Assembly (NCBI GenBank): GCA_051294905.1
Contig: CM119385.1
Coordinates: 4,650,001-4,714,000, forward strand
Direction of reading: 5' to 3'
Origin: Botryllus schlosseri
Lineage: Eukaryota
DNA length: 64,000 nucleotides
In this document: one piece after another, positions 32,735 through 46,200 of the stretch
Layout of the letters: every line of letters starts with the position of its first letter
Numbering within the stretch: position 1 is the stretch's first letter
The notes under the pieces: model-generated
Told to the model about the DNA's origin: nothing
Databases searched by the model: none
What the model saw: the letters and a program-made list of their open reading frames with translations, nothing else
Made by a program: the position numbers and the translations under genes

Positions 32735-33692
32735 TAGGGATGGTGTGAACCTCTGAAAGGTTCAGGTTCGTGTGAACGCGAACCTTTTTGAAAGGTTCTG
32801 TGTGAACGCGAACGTGAACCTCGTGACGTCACGTGACGTCATATTGCTAATTCCAACCCTATCTTTCAATGAAGTGATAGCCTATATTAATGTACACGAT
32901 ACCTAGCGACGACGGGGGTCACATAATGCCATAATGCTAAAGTACATTTTGGCGATTTAAACGTCGCTAAATGTATCAACTGGGGCAATCATATGATATA
33001 ATACTCCTAATATCATCCGTGGCTTTGCCAATAACTTTGAAGAGGTGTTGCCAGGGAATATAAGCTAACGCCTTAGCGGTCTTGACCAGACCATGTAATG
33101 TATTCGTGTATGAGTATTGCTACATTGGTATTGGGCAGAGTGTAATACAGGTTTTTATACTTGCTACCGATATTAGGCTACCCCAAAACTTATACAGCTG
33201 TAGCCAACACCTCAATCGCACGTATTTGGTTTTAATGATACAGTAAACATATGAAGTGAAGATAGACCCCGTACGCTAGCTAGATTTGTTACATCAAAAA
33301 ACGATATCAATCTCATTGATTGGTTGAATCGCTATCTACATGTTATGTATGTCGCTCGTGATGTTATGTGATTGCGCGTCAGCTCACAGCAGAGAGTCAC
33401 TATATATTCACAAACGGAAAGTTGGATATTTAGAGCAAAATCTTTGAGATTGTCAAAGTGGATGCTCGTTTTGAGTTGTTTTTTTTATGCTGCCGGCGTC
33501 ATTCATAGAGTGGCCCGCAGTTGAAATGCAATAAATTCGAACCAAGGATGTCATCATGAAGTGAAAATTGTAATATATGAAAAAGGTTCACAGTGCAGAA
33601 CCTACCAATGTTCTGTTGTGAACGCGAACCTCCAAATTCCCGAGGTTCACACACAGAACGCGAACGTGAACCTCGCGTTCACACCATCCCTA
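32735..33692. mobile_element. hAT-type MITE
   Basis: TIR tagggatggtgtgaac / gttcacaccatcccta; perfect TSD atatttat (32727-32734, 33693-33700). Confidence 0.9.
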
Positions 33693-33780
33693 ATATTTAT
33701 CACAGTTTTGTTCAGTTTCGTGCCCTCAACTACAACTAGAAAAAACAGGATGATTTCTTCAGATCTAACAAAAGAAAATA

Positions 33781-33922
33781 TATTAGAGGATGAAGCGGAA
33801 AGCTATTTCACAGCAAAGAGTCATAGCATGGACTGTGATATTTTGAGTTACTGGAGAACAGAAAATCGTTTTCCCCATCTCAGGGCTGCTGCTGCTCGAG
33901 AACTCGTATGCATGACGGCAAC
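33781..33922 (+). pseudogene. hAT transposase C-terminal dimerisation-domain fragment
   Basis: EAESYF...DILSYWRTENRFPHL...ARELVCMTAT matches the D.L.WW....FP.L...AR..L..PAT pattern. Confidence 0.7.
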
Positions 33923-34115
33923 ATATCAGCTCCACTGGAAAGAGTTTTCAGCCATGCAGGAGAAGTGTATAGTGCAAGGTCTCCATCTCAAAACGGGTCG
34001 CGGCCCGCGGGTCATTTTTCAAAATTCGTAGACGCCGCGGGCCGCAAAAATGCAATATCGAAACAAATTAGGTTACACATTTGAGCAACCACGTTTTTAA
34101 AACTTTACGTTAGTA

Positions 34116-35423
34116 CAGGGCCGTAACAGCACTTCGTCAGGCCCCCCCCCAAAACGTTGGCCTTGGGCCCCCAATAGGGTGATAAACATAACTTCTGGGG
34201 GGCTTCGCCCCCCAGACCCCCCTTCGGCTATCCGCTTTTTGACGCTATTTGACATGAGCATTGAGTGTCCGTTTTGTGGGTCAGCTTTTCCCGCCTAGAC
34301 GCGCGAAGCGCGAAAAATTTCTGTAAATCATGATTGAATCGGCCAATATGATCGGGAATTACATATATAGCCTACTGCTATCAATTTTGATCCTCTCTCT
34401 ACTCACGTAATCAGATTTACCGGTAGAGCTGAGCGAGGTCTGTTTTAAAACGTAGGACCGCCCAATAATAATTAGACATCTTCGGGCGTACCCGTTGGCA
34501 CGAACGAAACAGCACTTCGTCAGCCCGCCCCCCACAAAAATTGGGTTTTGGGTTCTCATAGGGTGATAAACATCACAGTGTTCGCTTTTGCCACGAAATT
34601 AGCTGCACTGTTTAGTGAGCCAGCTCGAAGCGCGAAAATTTTCGATAATTCATTATATAATCGGTCAATAAGATCGGGAATTGCATTAATATTGCTATCA
34701 ATATCTTGTCCTCTCTGCTCACGTTATCAGATTTACCGGAAACTGTAGGGCCCGTAAATAATAATTAAACATCTTCGGGCGGGCGGACCCGTTAGTATGA
34801 CTTCGTTACATGATTTTATTTCGTGACCTCCTGTCTGCTATATCAAAAATATAGAATCGCTCAAACGTACTAAACTAAAAGACGCACACGATTTCAAATT
34901 GCTATTTCTTCACTGGCATATATTTTTCCTGCTGGATGGTATTTGTCTTATGAGGTTCAGATTGCCAAGGCAGGAACATATGGCGCCAGTCATTTAGGCG
35001 CCTATAGACAATTAAACCTATTATTTTGTATATATAACGAAGTTTTCGGTCTGCGTAAGGGCAGTCCGTTTCGGCCAAGCTTTTCGCGCTGCCGATCGTT
35101 CTGGCACACTTCTTGGAGTCGCATGGAATAAGCTCAAAATCGTTATATATCTTGGTGCGTACTGCGTAGTGGCGTGTTAATGGCCAACGCCGATATGTCC
35201 ATTTCTATAAATCTTGCGTGTTTTTTCTTGGGGGAAGAGTACCAAATAATCAAGATATTTGGCAACTTTAAATCGCGCGCAGCGCGAAAAATTTTGGAAA
35301 AAATTGCATAAATTTTCAAAAAATACTCTATAATTTATGCTAATTCACGAAATAATTTGGGGCCCCCTTCGAGCTCGGGCCCCCCCCAATTGGGGGGTTT
35401 GGGGTGCGGCAGTTACGGTGCTG
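34116..35423. mobile_element. hAT-type non-autonomous element with an internal ~0.3-kb duplication
   Basis: Ends cagggccgtaac / gttacggtgctg; perfect TSD cgttagta (34108-34115, 35424-35431). Confidence 0.85.
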
Positions 35424-35468
35424 CGTTAGTACAGTGCCGCGGTCACTAGCATAAAGCATATTGGCGAT

Positions 35469-35790
35469 GGGCATGCTGGTTACCATGCTGGGTGAGCGTA
35501 GTCGCCCATCAATCTGACGGACTCGGTTCGATTTCTGTCTGAGGTTTATCTGGTTTATCCGTTCTTATACGGCGTCACAAAAGCCCAGAAAAAGACCCGA
35601 CGAAAGAAAGCACTCACAAGGAATGGAAAGAACTATAGTAGAAAAGGCCGCGGCATCAAAAAGATCAACATCGAAAAGAACTGTGACATCGGGTAGGCCG
35701 AGGTGGATGTTAGAGTAAAAGATCGCTACTGATGCGTGTCGTTCGACATCCTTCTATCTGTTCATCACATCGCATTGTGTCTTATCGCAT
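35469..35790 (+). mobile_element. Possible degraded tRNA-derived SINE
   Basis: B-box-like ggttcgatt at ~35526 after a tRNA-length GC-rich head; no TSD found. Confidence 0.3.
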
Positions 35791-36919
35791 TGTACATTGT
35801 GTCGTGTGACTTGTTCAGATGAAAAATATAACCCAACGACATATAGGCTATATATATATACCACAAAAGAAGTAATATGTTACTAATGTATTTACATACT
35901 ACAAAAAATATCACGATCATAAACTTCATTTTATTTTAAACTATATGAGTTGCGCACGATACCTCACAACCAATGTTCCCTCTAAGCTGCGCACGTGCGC
36001 AAATGCGCAGTGCTGAAACGGTCTCTGCGCACAGAAAATCTAGGCTGCGCACAAAAAATCCGAAGTGATGATTTTTTTTTCAGTCGTTGCACACTGTTGT
36101 CCAAGGGACCGCGCAGGCGCGCAGAAAAATTATAGGGAACATAGCCAGGGGAAAATAGTGCTATCGCTGAAGTCTGAAGCCGAGGTACAAGTGCTGCCCG
36201 CAAAGGTAGATATTGCGCTCCGTGAAGAAATGAGAATCTGCAATCACGTGCGCCTCACGAACGAGATTTTTCTTTTAGTATGGTCTGGTACGCGTGAGCG
36301 ACACTGATTTCATTTCAATAGCGCATCTTTTCTAGGGATGGCGAAATAAAATGGTTTAACAAAGTTATAAATATAACAATGGGCTAGCTCAAAGTTAATC
36401 TGCGAGAAACTAACGAATATAGTCTTATCCGCGTGGCATGAACATTGCGTAAGATTTACTGTACAATTACATGCCGTGAATTTTCGAAGTCATCACCTCC
36501 ATCAGGCAAATCTGATCACGTATGGTGAGATAGGATAATATGCAAGTCAAATTAACAAATAAGTGCGATTCGTTTAACATGAAATGGTTGTCGGAGCATG
36601 TTAAAACGGAAGAAAAAATTGTAAAATTAGTTGAGAATTTTTCTTTTTCGAGCGAGAAAGGTCTGCTCTGCAAAATATGTCTAGAACAGTGGTTCTTAAT
36701 CTTGCCACCAGCGCCCCCCAAGGGGCGCTGGCAATTTTGAAGGGGGCGGAAACGCTCAGGGGGCGGAAACGCTCAGGGGGCAAAATGGGGGACGCTGGGC
36801 TCAGGGGGGCGGTATGGGGGGCGCTGGAGACAAATGGCTTCGCAGTAGATGATGTGGTGGACTGGTGGTAGGGCATATCCTTAATGAGTATTCAGAGCAA
36901 TTAACACCGAGAACTTCGT

Positions 36920-37725
36920 TAGCCTATATATAGCCTACAAAAGACATATAGGTTTAATTGTCCATGGGCGCCTAAATGAATGGCACCGAATGTTCATGTC
37001 TTGGCAATCTGAACCCCAGAAGAGGAATTCCATCTGGCGGGGAAAAATTATATGCCAGTGAAGAAATACCAATTTGAAATAGTGTGCGTCTTTTAGTTTA
37101 GTACGATTGGGCGACAGGGATATCTAAAACTAGATATTCCTGTTGAGCGATATCCCTGTTGGGCGATTCTATAGTTTTTGATATAGCAGACAGGAGGTCA
37201 CGAAATAACATCATGCAACGAAGTCATACCAACAGGTTTGCCCGCCCGAATATGTTTAATTATTAGTTATGGGCCCTACAGTTTCGAGGACACCTCAAAA
37301 TGTTCGCCCTACGTTTTGATGAGTCTGCGCACACTCAACAACTCACTGCGCATACCCTTGGACAACAGTGCGTAACGACTGAAAAAAGGTCATAACTTCG
37401 GATTTGTTTTGCGCAACGTAGATTTTCTGTGCGCAGAGACCGTGTCAGCACTGCGCACGTGCGCAGCTTAGAGGGAACATTGCACCTCACTCAGCTCTAC
37501 CGGTAAATCTGATTACGTGAGCAGAGAGGATAAATATTAATAGCAATATATATGCAATTCCCGATCATATTGACCGATTCAATCATGAATTATATAAAAT
37601 TTTCGCGCTTCGCGCGTCTAGGCTATACACCCACTAAAGGGACACCCAATGTAGATGATAAGTTGCGGCCCAAAAAGTAGTTGCCGAGGGGGGTCTGGGG
37701 GCGAAGCCCCCCAGAAGTTCGGTTT
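36920..37725 (-). repeat. Inverted partial copy of the interior of the 34116-35423 element, with a nested caatgttccctctaag MITE fragment
   Basis: Reverse complement of ~34190-35030 (e.g. taggtttaattgtc...ggcgcctaaatga vs tcatttaggcgcc...gacaattaaaccta). Confidence 0.75.
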
Positions 37726-38796
37726 ATCACCATATGGGGGGGGGGCTTGGTTGCGCACTGTTGTTCATGGGCCTGCGCAGTAAGTTGACGTATTTGCGCA
37801 GACTCGTGAAAAATTAGAGGGAACATTGCTCACAACGCTTTTCAAGGACTACTGAATCGATGTTGGGGCTATAGTCAGACATGCTACTCGCTGAAAGGAT
37901 ATCTCCAATCATCCTAAAGATTGATCTTGTGGGGACGCCCGTTTTCTAATCGTCTGGGTGTTGGCAGCTCTGGGCCATTGCACGTCACGGCAATGTGCTT
38001 ATTCATGTCAGCTGACTCTCCATGGATGGAATGCTGTCGCCTTCGCCGAAGCCATTTCAGCTAGTAAGGAATGGTGTTGTTGGGCACATGCGAATAGCTT
38101 TATATAACAGAACTACAATAATTTGGAACTCAAATCTATTTCAGCATATCGAAATGTTTTATTTCGCGTTCTTCCAAATTCACAAGTCAGATCGACGGCC
38201 GCAAAATATGACCTCGCGGGCTACGTGTTGATGATCCCTAGTGCAAAACGAGCAAAGCTTGGAATACAGACTTTAATAACCGTTCTCATGGTCACGAGAC
38301 TCCACTGTGATTTGATATGAACTGAACTTTTGCTGTATTTATTTCTCATTCACAAACTCATTCAATTTCCAAGTTTTTGCGAATTCGGTAATTTTAATTC
38401 TAATCTTATTTGAAAAAAAAAACTGTGTAGCTCTAATTCTAATCTAATTTGGAAAACGCTGTGCAGGTCTAATTCTATTTCTAATCTAATTTGGAAAAAT
38501 TGTGTAGCCTATAGCGATACTAATTCTAAAAACTGTTCAGCTTTAAATCAGAAATTTTCTACTAGTCCAAGTCTGCCTCAAGGCAGCTCAAATGTAAAGA
38601 AAGTCTTGAAACTATGGACAGCAATTTAGACTTTACAGTAGTTGTAAGCAGAGGTTTCAAGTATTCATCGTCGGTAGCCTATCGCAAGTAGAAGTATAGT
38701 AGTAGTAATAAACGTGGTAAATTTCTACTCAATTACCATAGCCGAAAAAGCAATTTCCAATCTATTGGTGTTGTAGTTGTAGCTGTGGATCATACC

Positions 38797-40071
38797 AAGA
38801 GGTGATCAGTAACGAAGTACTTCTACTTTTTCGAAGTACTCAAGTAGTTTTCCTCTATTTCTGGTACTTACTCAAGTAGATCTGATTTTCGCTACTTCTA
38901 CTTCTACTTCCTAATATTTTGTGATCTACTTACTTACTTTTCGCTATTTTCAGTTTGTCAAGTAGTAGTTCAATCTTCCAATCAGGAAGATAGCCTGAGA
39001 AATTTCGGAGCTGTTTTCACGGAGTATTAACATTTAATTTTCATAAAAGTTTAGTAAAGCACAAAATTTTCGTCGCGCTTCGCGCGCAGTGGATACGGAG
39101 TGACCAGTATGATTTCACGAAAGTATCGGTGAATATAATTTAGGTGGAGGGTTGGCGTGGTTCCGTTCACACCACATTGTCGCCCTTCACCCATATGAAA
39201 TAATTCATCACAGTATATATATGGCTCATCATAACGTTTGAAACTAATGGTTCGCAATCTAGCATTTTCTTGTCATATCGTAATCTAGCATATATGTCCA
39301 TGGCGTGTCCTAATCAGGAAGAGTGGACTTTGACTTATTTTTAGTTTTAGAGCTGTTTTAGCATACCACCTTTGAAACTTTCTGGACTAAAAACATGAAG
39401 TACATATTCTGCTTTTAGAAGTAGTATTCATATTTCATTTTCAATTCCCAGTATCATATACTTTGAGTTATAATTAATATCAGTTCTTGTCCGAATAACA
39501 TACATGTTGAAGTATAAAAGCAAGTGCAGTAATGCCTTTAATTGCTGGAAATAAAGCTACACAATATGGCATTTTTACGGTCCACCATATTTTTTATTAA
39601 CGTTTACTAATCGCGCAAAGTGTTTACACCGTATCTTATACAACTTCTCCATATTGCTCTTCGACTAAACTACGCGCCTTATAATATGGGGGATGGCGCC
39701 ATACCATGCTATTTTCCAAAACGTGTTGTTCGAGAAAACAGAGGATTAGTATCGCATTTCCTTATCAATACTTCATTTTCATCCCATGATGTGTACGAAA
39801 ATTGGATACCTGCTGGTATGCATCAATATGAATCAAGCTCGTCACCCATCACATAGCTCAATTTGCACCTTTTTATAATCCATCCAATCAGGATCGTTTT
39901 CACAACTACTTACTTACTTGAGTACTTTTAAAGTCAGTCAATTCTACTTCTACTTCAAGTAGTTTTAGGTTGCTCATGAAAGAAGTACTTCTACTTGTAC
40001 TTGAGTAGATTTTTTCGTCGCTACTTCTACTTCTACTTGAATAGCTTTCTTGAGTACTTTGACCACCTCTG
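38797..40071. mobile_element. hAT-like non-autonomous element, aagtagaagt family, copy 2
   Basis: Ends aagaggtgatca / tgaccacctctg; TSD atcatacc (38789-38796, 40072-40079). Confidence 0.85.
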
Positions 40072-40832
40072 ATCATACCACACTATATGCTATCCTGCTG
40101 CTCGCACGCAGAGACAACCTTGTTACCAATATGCAGATGCAGCCCTCTTACTGGTGATGCCTAGTGTATGAATTGAATAAATGAGTAGCTTATTTGTTTC
40201 AAGAGAGTGGTAACATTACTGCGCAGTGCGCACGTAGTCGCCAGTTTCCTCTACTGTAGGCCTGCGTCTGGGTGAAGGTGCGTGCATTTTTAGTAATCAC
40301 CAGGTGGGTTGCGGAACATTGTATCATATCGGAATTTCGGTCGTAAAATGGTTGGAAATTCCTATAGTCCAATTGGATTATCATCGAAAACAATCCAAGT
40401 GTTTTCCATCCCTCTGGTATCATCAGTAATAATTAAATCTCCCATATCCACGTTAAATCTCGAAAACTCGATTCTCTATAATTAGCACACCCACCTGGGA
40501 TAAAGCCGAACATATAACTTATGTAGGCCTACCCCAGGGTTGTAATGACTCGACGCGAGTCACGATTTTTTTGGGATTGGAGTCACTTTTTCGAATGGGT
40601 AAAATGACTCGACTCGAGTGAATTTGTCGATTGTCTCGACTTGTACTCAAGTCATTGTGCATGAATCGAGACTAGGACGGCCCAGACACACATGTCATTG
40701 TAACTTCGAATAGGGAAGTCACCACATTATTGGTATTTCGTCTATCAGTCCTGGTACTTGGAAAATAAGACCAGAAACTGTTACGACTGAGGAAAATTAA
40801 GATATATGAATGCGAGCCATTCTATATGTCAC

Positions 40833-41829
40833 CAGTGTTGGGATCAAGTCACTACCTTCGAGTCATGAGTCATTTCGAGTCATCGCACATTTTGACTCGA
40901 GTCAAGTCAAGTCAATCGATTTTCGAAGGTGACTCGAGTCAAGTCAAGTCAGTCGATTTTTGGAGGTGACTCGAGTCAAGTCGAGTCAAGTCAAGTCAAG
41001 TCACAATTCAAGTCAAATTGCCTTTTCGAGGTATGAGGCGTGATTACGTCATTGTATTTTGCTCGCTGTCTGAAATACAGATTGAGTGGTCATTGATTTT
41101 GAACTGATGAACGAATATAGAGTTCAATATACACGCAAGTAAGGCGCTGTATCGCTCACATTTAAGTAGAACTAATAAACTCAGTAAGTAATTGCACAGC
41201 CTCAGTTTATAGTTACCAGCCTAAATAGAGAACAGAAAAACGAATTGATAAGATGCAATACATTACCTTTTTGCAAATTTATATGATACAATTCGAGTCA
41301 TCGCCAATGGTTGAGGACTATATAAACTATTTTCGAATTCAATTTCAATAAAACAAGAGGTTTGGTTAAGTTAAGAACACAGAACAGAAATAGACATTTT
41401 GCTATTAAATTACTTTACTATACTATAGTTTACGACAACGTAGGCTGTAAGCTTCGATCACTTCGTTTGCGATCAATATATTTGTGAGAGAACAATGGAG
41501 GCTCATTAAAACGCACGATCATTGAATGATTGGTCGCTCTCACGGGTTACACCAGCGTTGCGCGAACAATCCGAATCTATGCAAGATACAGTGACTTTTA
41601 TCGACACTGATTACTTAATGACTTGAAATTGACTCGTGAATTTTGCTCCGAGTCACGAGTCAATCCACATTTCTGATACGCCGAGTCAAGTCAAGTCAAG
41701 TCATTTTAGCAAAGTGACTCGAGTCAAGTCAAGTCATACGAAAAAGTGACTCGAGTCTGACTCGAGTCAAGTCATGACTCGAGTCATCCCAACACGAGTC
41801 AAGTCATGACTCGAGTCATCCCAACACTG
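40833..41829. mobile_element. hAT-type MITE nested in a gactcgagtc-family element
   Basis: TIR cagtgttggga / tcccaacactg; perfect TSD tatgtcac (40825-40832, 41830-41837). Confidence 0.88.
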
Positions 41830-43215
41830 TATGTCACTCGATCAGAGTTGAAAAAGTGGGTTGAACTCAACTCAAAACTGAACAGTGAACACAAATGACT
41901 TGGACCCGAGTCACAACAATCACTCGACCCTTTACTCATACTCACTGACTTGGACATGACTAAATGATGAATTGCAAATGACCCGACTTACTCGAGTCAA
42001 AACTATAAAAGTGAGAATGACTTGTGACGCAGTTACACCTCTGATGTACCCCTAACTTTGCGGCGAAGTTAACATGAAACGCCCGTGAAAATCGGTGCTC
42101 GGTCCATAATAAATCTTTGCAGCACCTAGCCATATCAGTTTGTCACACTACCACCCGACAGCAACTATGAGATTCCGACCCCTACACCACAGCTTTTAAT
42201 CGGCAATGGCCATCATTGCCGGCTAGATCGATCTTTACCTTGTCGGTCGAACAAATTGACTTCTGCGATTTATGTCTTGAATTTGCCAACAGCCCAGGCA
42301 TCAATTAGCACTTATCTGACGACGACAGTCCAAAACTTTCATGTGACGACAAATCATCATAGAGTGAGAAATTAGCATCCTATTTAGGTAGCCCACATTC
42401 AGATTGAAATATGACTTCGATCGAAGGAGACAGTGTATTTTATATATGGTACAGTTTGTACATATTTGATATAATGCTGCACGCTGGAGCAGTCATGAAA
42501 GTACGAACGACAAAGATCATTCACAAAGTACTTGCAAGTATGCAAAAAATTACTGTGAAATAGTGAAAACAGACTCGAACTACATACGTCATGAACAGGA
42601 ATCACATGTGTGTGGAACATGCAGAAATCACCTTCCGAGAGGGTTTAGAATTCAGAAATAGAATGATTTCAAGTTGAGTACTTTTATCATTCAACAAATA
42701 GCACAATCAACAAAAAATTTATAACAAAAATGATTGGTTACATCGCTACTACATTGCAGAAACGAGACACATTATCAAATGATAACGTTTCATACTGTTG
42801 GAGATTAATACACACGTACCAGGATATACTAAATACACATATAGTATCATCAACAGTGATTACGACGTTGACATGCTGTGCTCAGATTGGAAATAATTCA
42901 GCACTGGTATTCTGACAGCGGACGTCTAACAACTGATTAATGTTGAATTTCATATTAGTGTATATTCGGACTAGACTATATCTGGTAGGACTACGCAAAA
43001 AAGCTTTTCAGATATGCAAAGATCGATATATTATAGATACTGTAGATTATCATGCTAAACGTAATATTAGCCAGATGCGGTGTGGTGGGTATTGCAAGTC
43101 GACGACTGTGATTTTCATTAAATCATTTTTGATAGCTGACAAACGATACAATAAATCGTAACATATGTCCATATTTTCCATTTTTGGGCCATCGCGAACG
43201 AATCAAATCGACATT

Positions 43216-43264
43216 TCAGATCCCATAATCAGTCTTCCGTAGCTGTACATTGACGAATGGATTG
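43216..43264 (-). CDS. BAIAP2: BAIAP2-like terminal exon (NPFVNVQLRKTDYGI*)
   Basis: tttttgccag acceptor, phase 2; resembles the NPFAHVQLK WH2-like tail. Confidence 0.65.
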
Positions 43265-46200
43265 CTGGCAAAAACAAAAATCGATTAGACCATCTGCGTA
43301 ATATTGTGGGGAAACTTACCAAAAGTGAGGGTATTATTGCTAATGCTAGCTATAACCTCATACACTTCAAATGACGAAACAGCAGCCAATGAAGGGATCT
43401 AGTGCGAACTCTACCAATCCACTACCATGCAACAACACCTATATTACACCACAAGAAGGTAAGCTGCAATGTACACTACAAAGAAAGCACACCGATCGAA
43501 GAACTAGGGCGGTTCTCAGAAGTAGAACTCTGGCAAGCAATTGGTGACCTGGCCAGACTTGTACAAATAAAAGAATGCCAGTTTCACAACGGAAATATAA
43601 TTTAGTGTACTTTCGGTCAACAAACTAACGTTTGTTAGTTGTTCTAGTTCTAGCTTAGGGTTACCATATTTCTGTAATCCAAATTCCGGACACTCTTCAG
43701 CGCCCACTACTGGATTTCAAAATGAGTTGTGACGTCACACGAGCAAAGCTTTACTCATAGACCAGAGGTGGTCACGAATCACGATCCGTTTCAGGAGTAT
43801 GTGGCTGTGTAACCGGAACCGAAACCACTTTTTTCATCCCCTTCCCGCCCAAATGAACAATGACTTTGAGCCCACCATAGGGTAATCGATGCCACGTTCG
43901 AGGGGGGGGGGGGTAGGTTGCTGCATGATTCTGTATGCATCTGGTCGTTAAATTGTTTTGAATTACTTCTGTCTATAATATTGGTTGTTTCATATATTAC
44001 TATATAGTTACTACTCTCCGCCCACATGATCAGAGTTAGCGGTAGAGCTGGTGGAGGATGATGAATACGAAAATACACGTAGCGTAATTGTACATCGTCA
44101 AGTCATGTTCATGTCCCACCGATAAGATTGTTTATCAGCCTTATGCCGGTGCGCACCACGGAGCTTTATAAACACGCCACATCCAGTGGCTTCCAACCTT
44201 TTATGGTCGCGACTCCATCTCCAATTTGAAAATGTTCCATGGCCCAGATCAAAATTTGACGAGCTGATTACAAAAAAGAAGTCATCACCTTTGCCCAGAC
44301 TTAGTCGCGGGCTATTTTGGAAGCTGATTACGTTCAACATGTTCGCGAACCCCAGAATAAAGGCAAACGACCCCCCGTTTGGAACCACTATCTTTGAATA
44401 AAGAATTTAAATTTGGCGAGGGTGGTAGTACCCATATTAAAATTAATAAATGTGATAGTAAATCGCGCGTAGCGCGAAGAAAAATGTCATGCATCAGCAT
44501 AAATATTCATAAAAATAATGTTTTTATGTTGATTTACGAAAAAATTATGAGGCTACGTCAAAATTTCGGACATTTGGCATATTTTAGAAATTCCTCCCGG
44601 ACGCTACTTTGAACAGTGAAATTCCGGATATGTCCGGGAAATTCCGGACGTATGGCAACCCTCTTCTAGCTGCGGATATTGAAAGGTGTATCACTTTGTG
44701 TGTCTGGGAACGTCGGTAAAGAACCATTGATACAGTTAGTTGCGCATTTTTATCAGCCATTAGTTGTAGTTGCAAATTTTTAAATAGTGAGTAGTTCTAG
44801 TTCTAGTTGCGAGTTTTAAAAATTGAGTAGTTCTAGTTCTAGCGTTAGTTTTAAAAAGTGATTAGTGCTAGTTGGGATTTTGAAAATTCAGTAGTTCTAA
44901 TTCTAGTTCTAGTTGCGAGTTTTAAAAAGTGAGTATTTCTATTCTCTACTAGTTGCTGACGATTACCCCTGACGGGTGTCAGCCAAAATATTCGGGTTAA
45001 TTTCAATATGAATATACTATTCAATTGTATATTTCTATTCTCGTTAAGATTATGAAAATTCAGTAGTTCTGATTCTGGTTCTAGTTGAAAGTTTTAAAAA
45101 ATGAGAAGTTCTAGTTCTAGTTGTGGAATTCGAAACTTCAGTAGTTCTAGATCTAGTTGTGAGTTTTAAAAAGTGAGTAGTTCTAGTTTGAGTTGCGGGA
45201 TTTGGATTTGGGAAATCAAGTAGTCTGTACAAGTCTGGGCCTGGCAACCAGGGTCGTGGAGTCACACAAATTTCAATGCGATTCCACTCTTGTCTATCGT
45301 AAAACTACAGAATGTGATATGACTAAAATATAATCCATATAATACCAACCACCAAGTGATGACAGATCATTACCAGAAAAATAGACAGGGGACAACATTC
45401 AAAGAAACGGTAAAAAAGAAAATACCAACATGCGTCTCGTTAGTAGAATACATCGCTGGTTCTTGAAGGTCTGGTCGCAAGCGGACTGTGTTTGTAGAAG
45501 GAAGAAAGTGTTTTATAAAAGCAAGAGTCAGCCAATTACATTTCTAATAGTACTACAACTACAGAGAAAAGTATCCACACCATGACAAAGCATCAATTAG
45601 AAATGATTGATTACAAGGTCGGCATAGTCCCGCATGCATGCACTACCAAAGCGATTTGAGTTGATTGGAGATAATCTAATTCATAGGAAGGTAATTCCCA
45701 TCCCAAGTGTACCTGATTACTATAATAACTGCTTCACTAATAATGTATTTAGTGCACAGAAGGGTTGTAACCAAGTCACAAGGTTCCGAATCGCAAGTTA
45801 ATTTGACTTTCCTAGTTTTAACTTGAGTCAATTAGCCACCGAGTCAAGTCTGAGTCCAAGTCATAGTGTTTACTGTTCAGTATCGAGTTCAAGCAGAGTT
45901 CAACTCACTTCCGTGAGGCTGTTTGGTGATAACGAAGGGCTCTGAATCGTAACATAATCATTTTTCTCAGTCTAAACATGTTTATTCAATCTGATAAAAG
46001 ACAGTTTCTTGGCCTGTTTTTCAATTATAATCGGTCCTGAGATACCAGACTTGCATAAGTCATATAAAAGGTGTCGAGTCAACACACAAATGCACTCAAG
46101 TGAAGTCGAGTTCACCTAAAAAATTGGGACTTGAGTCATTAAAACCCTGGTGTACAGTTATTTTGATCATTGATTTTTGTTCCACTGCGGAGTCAAGCGA

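Noticed and set aside
37830-38110. GC-richer patch with a possible plus-strand exon
   Set aside because: Two frames are open, there is no recognisable protein, and no partner exons were found.
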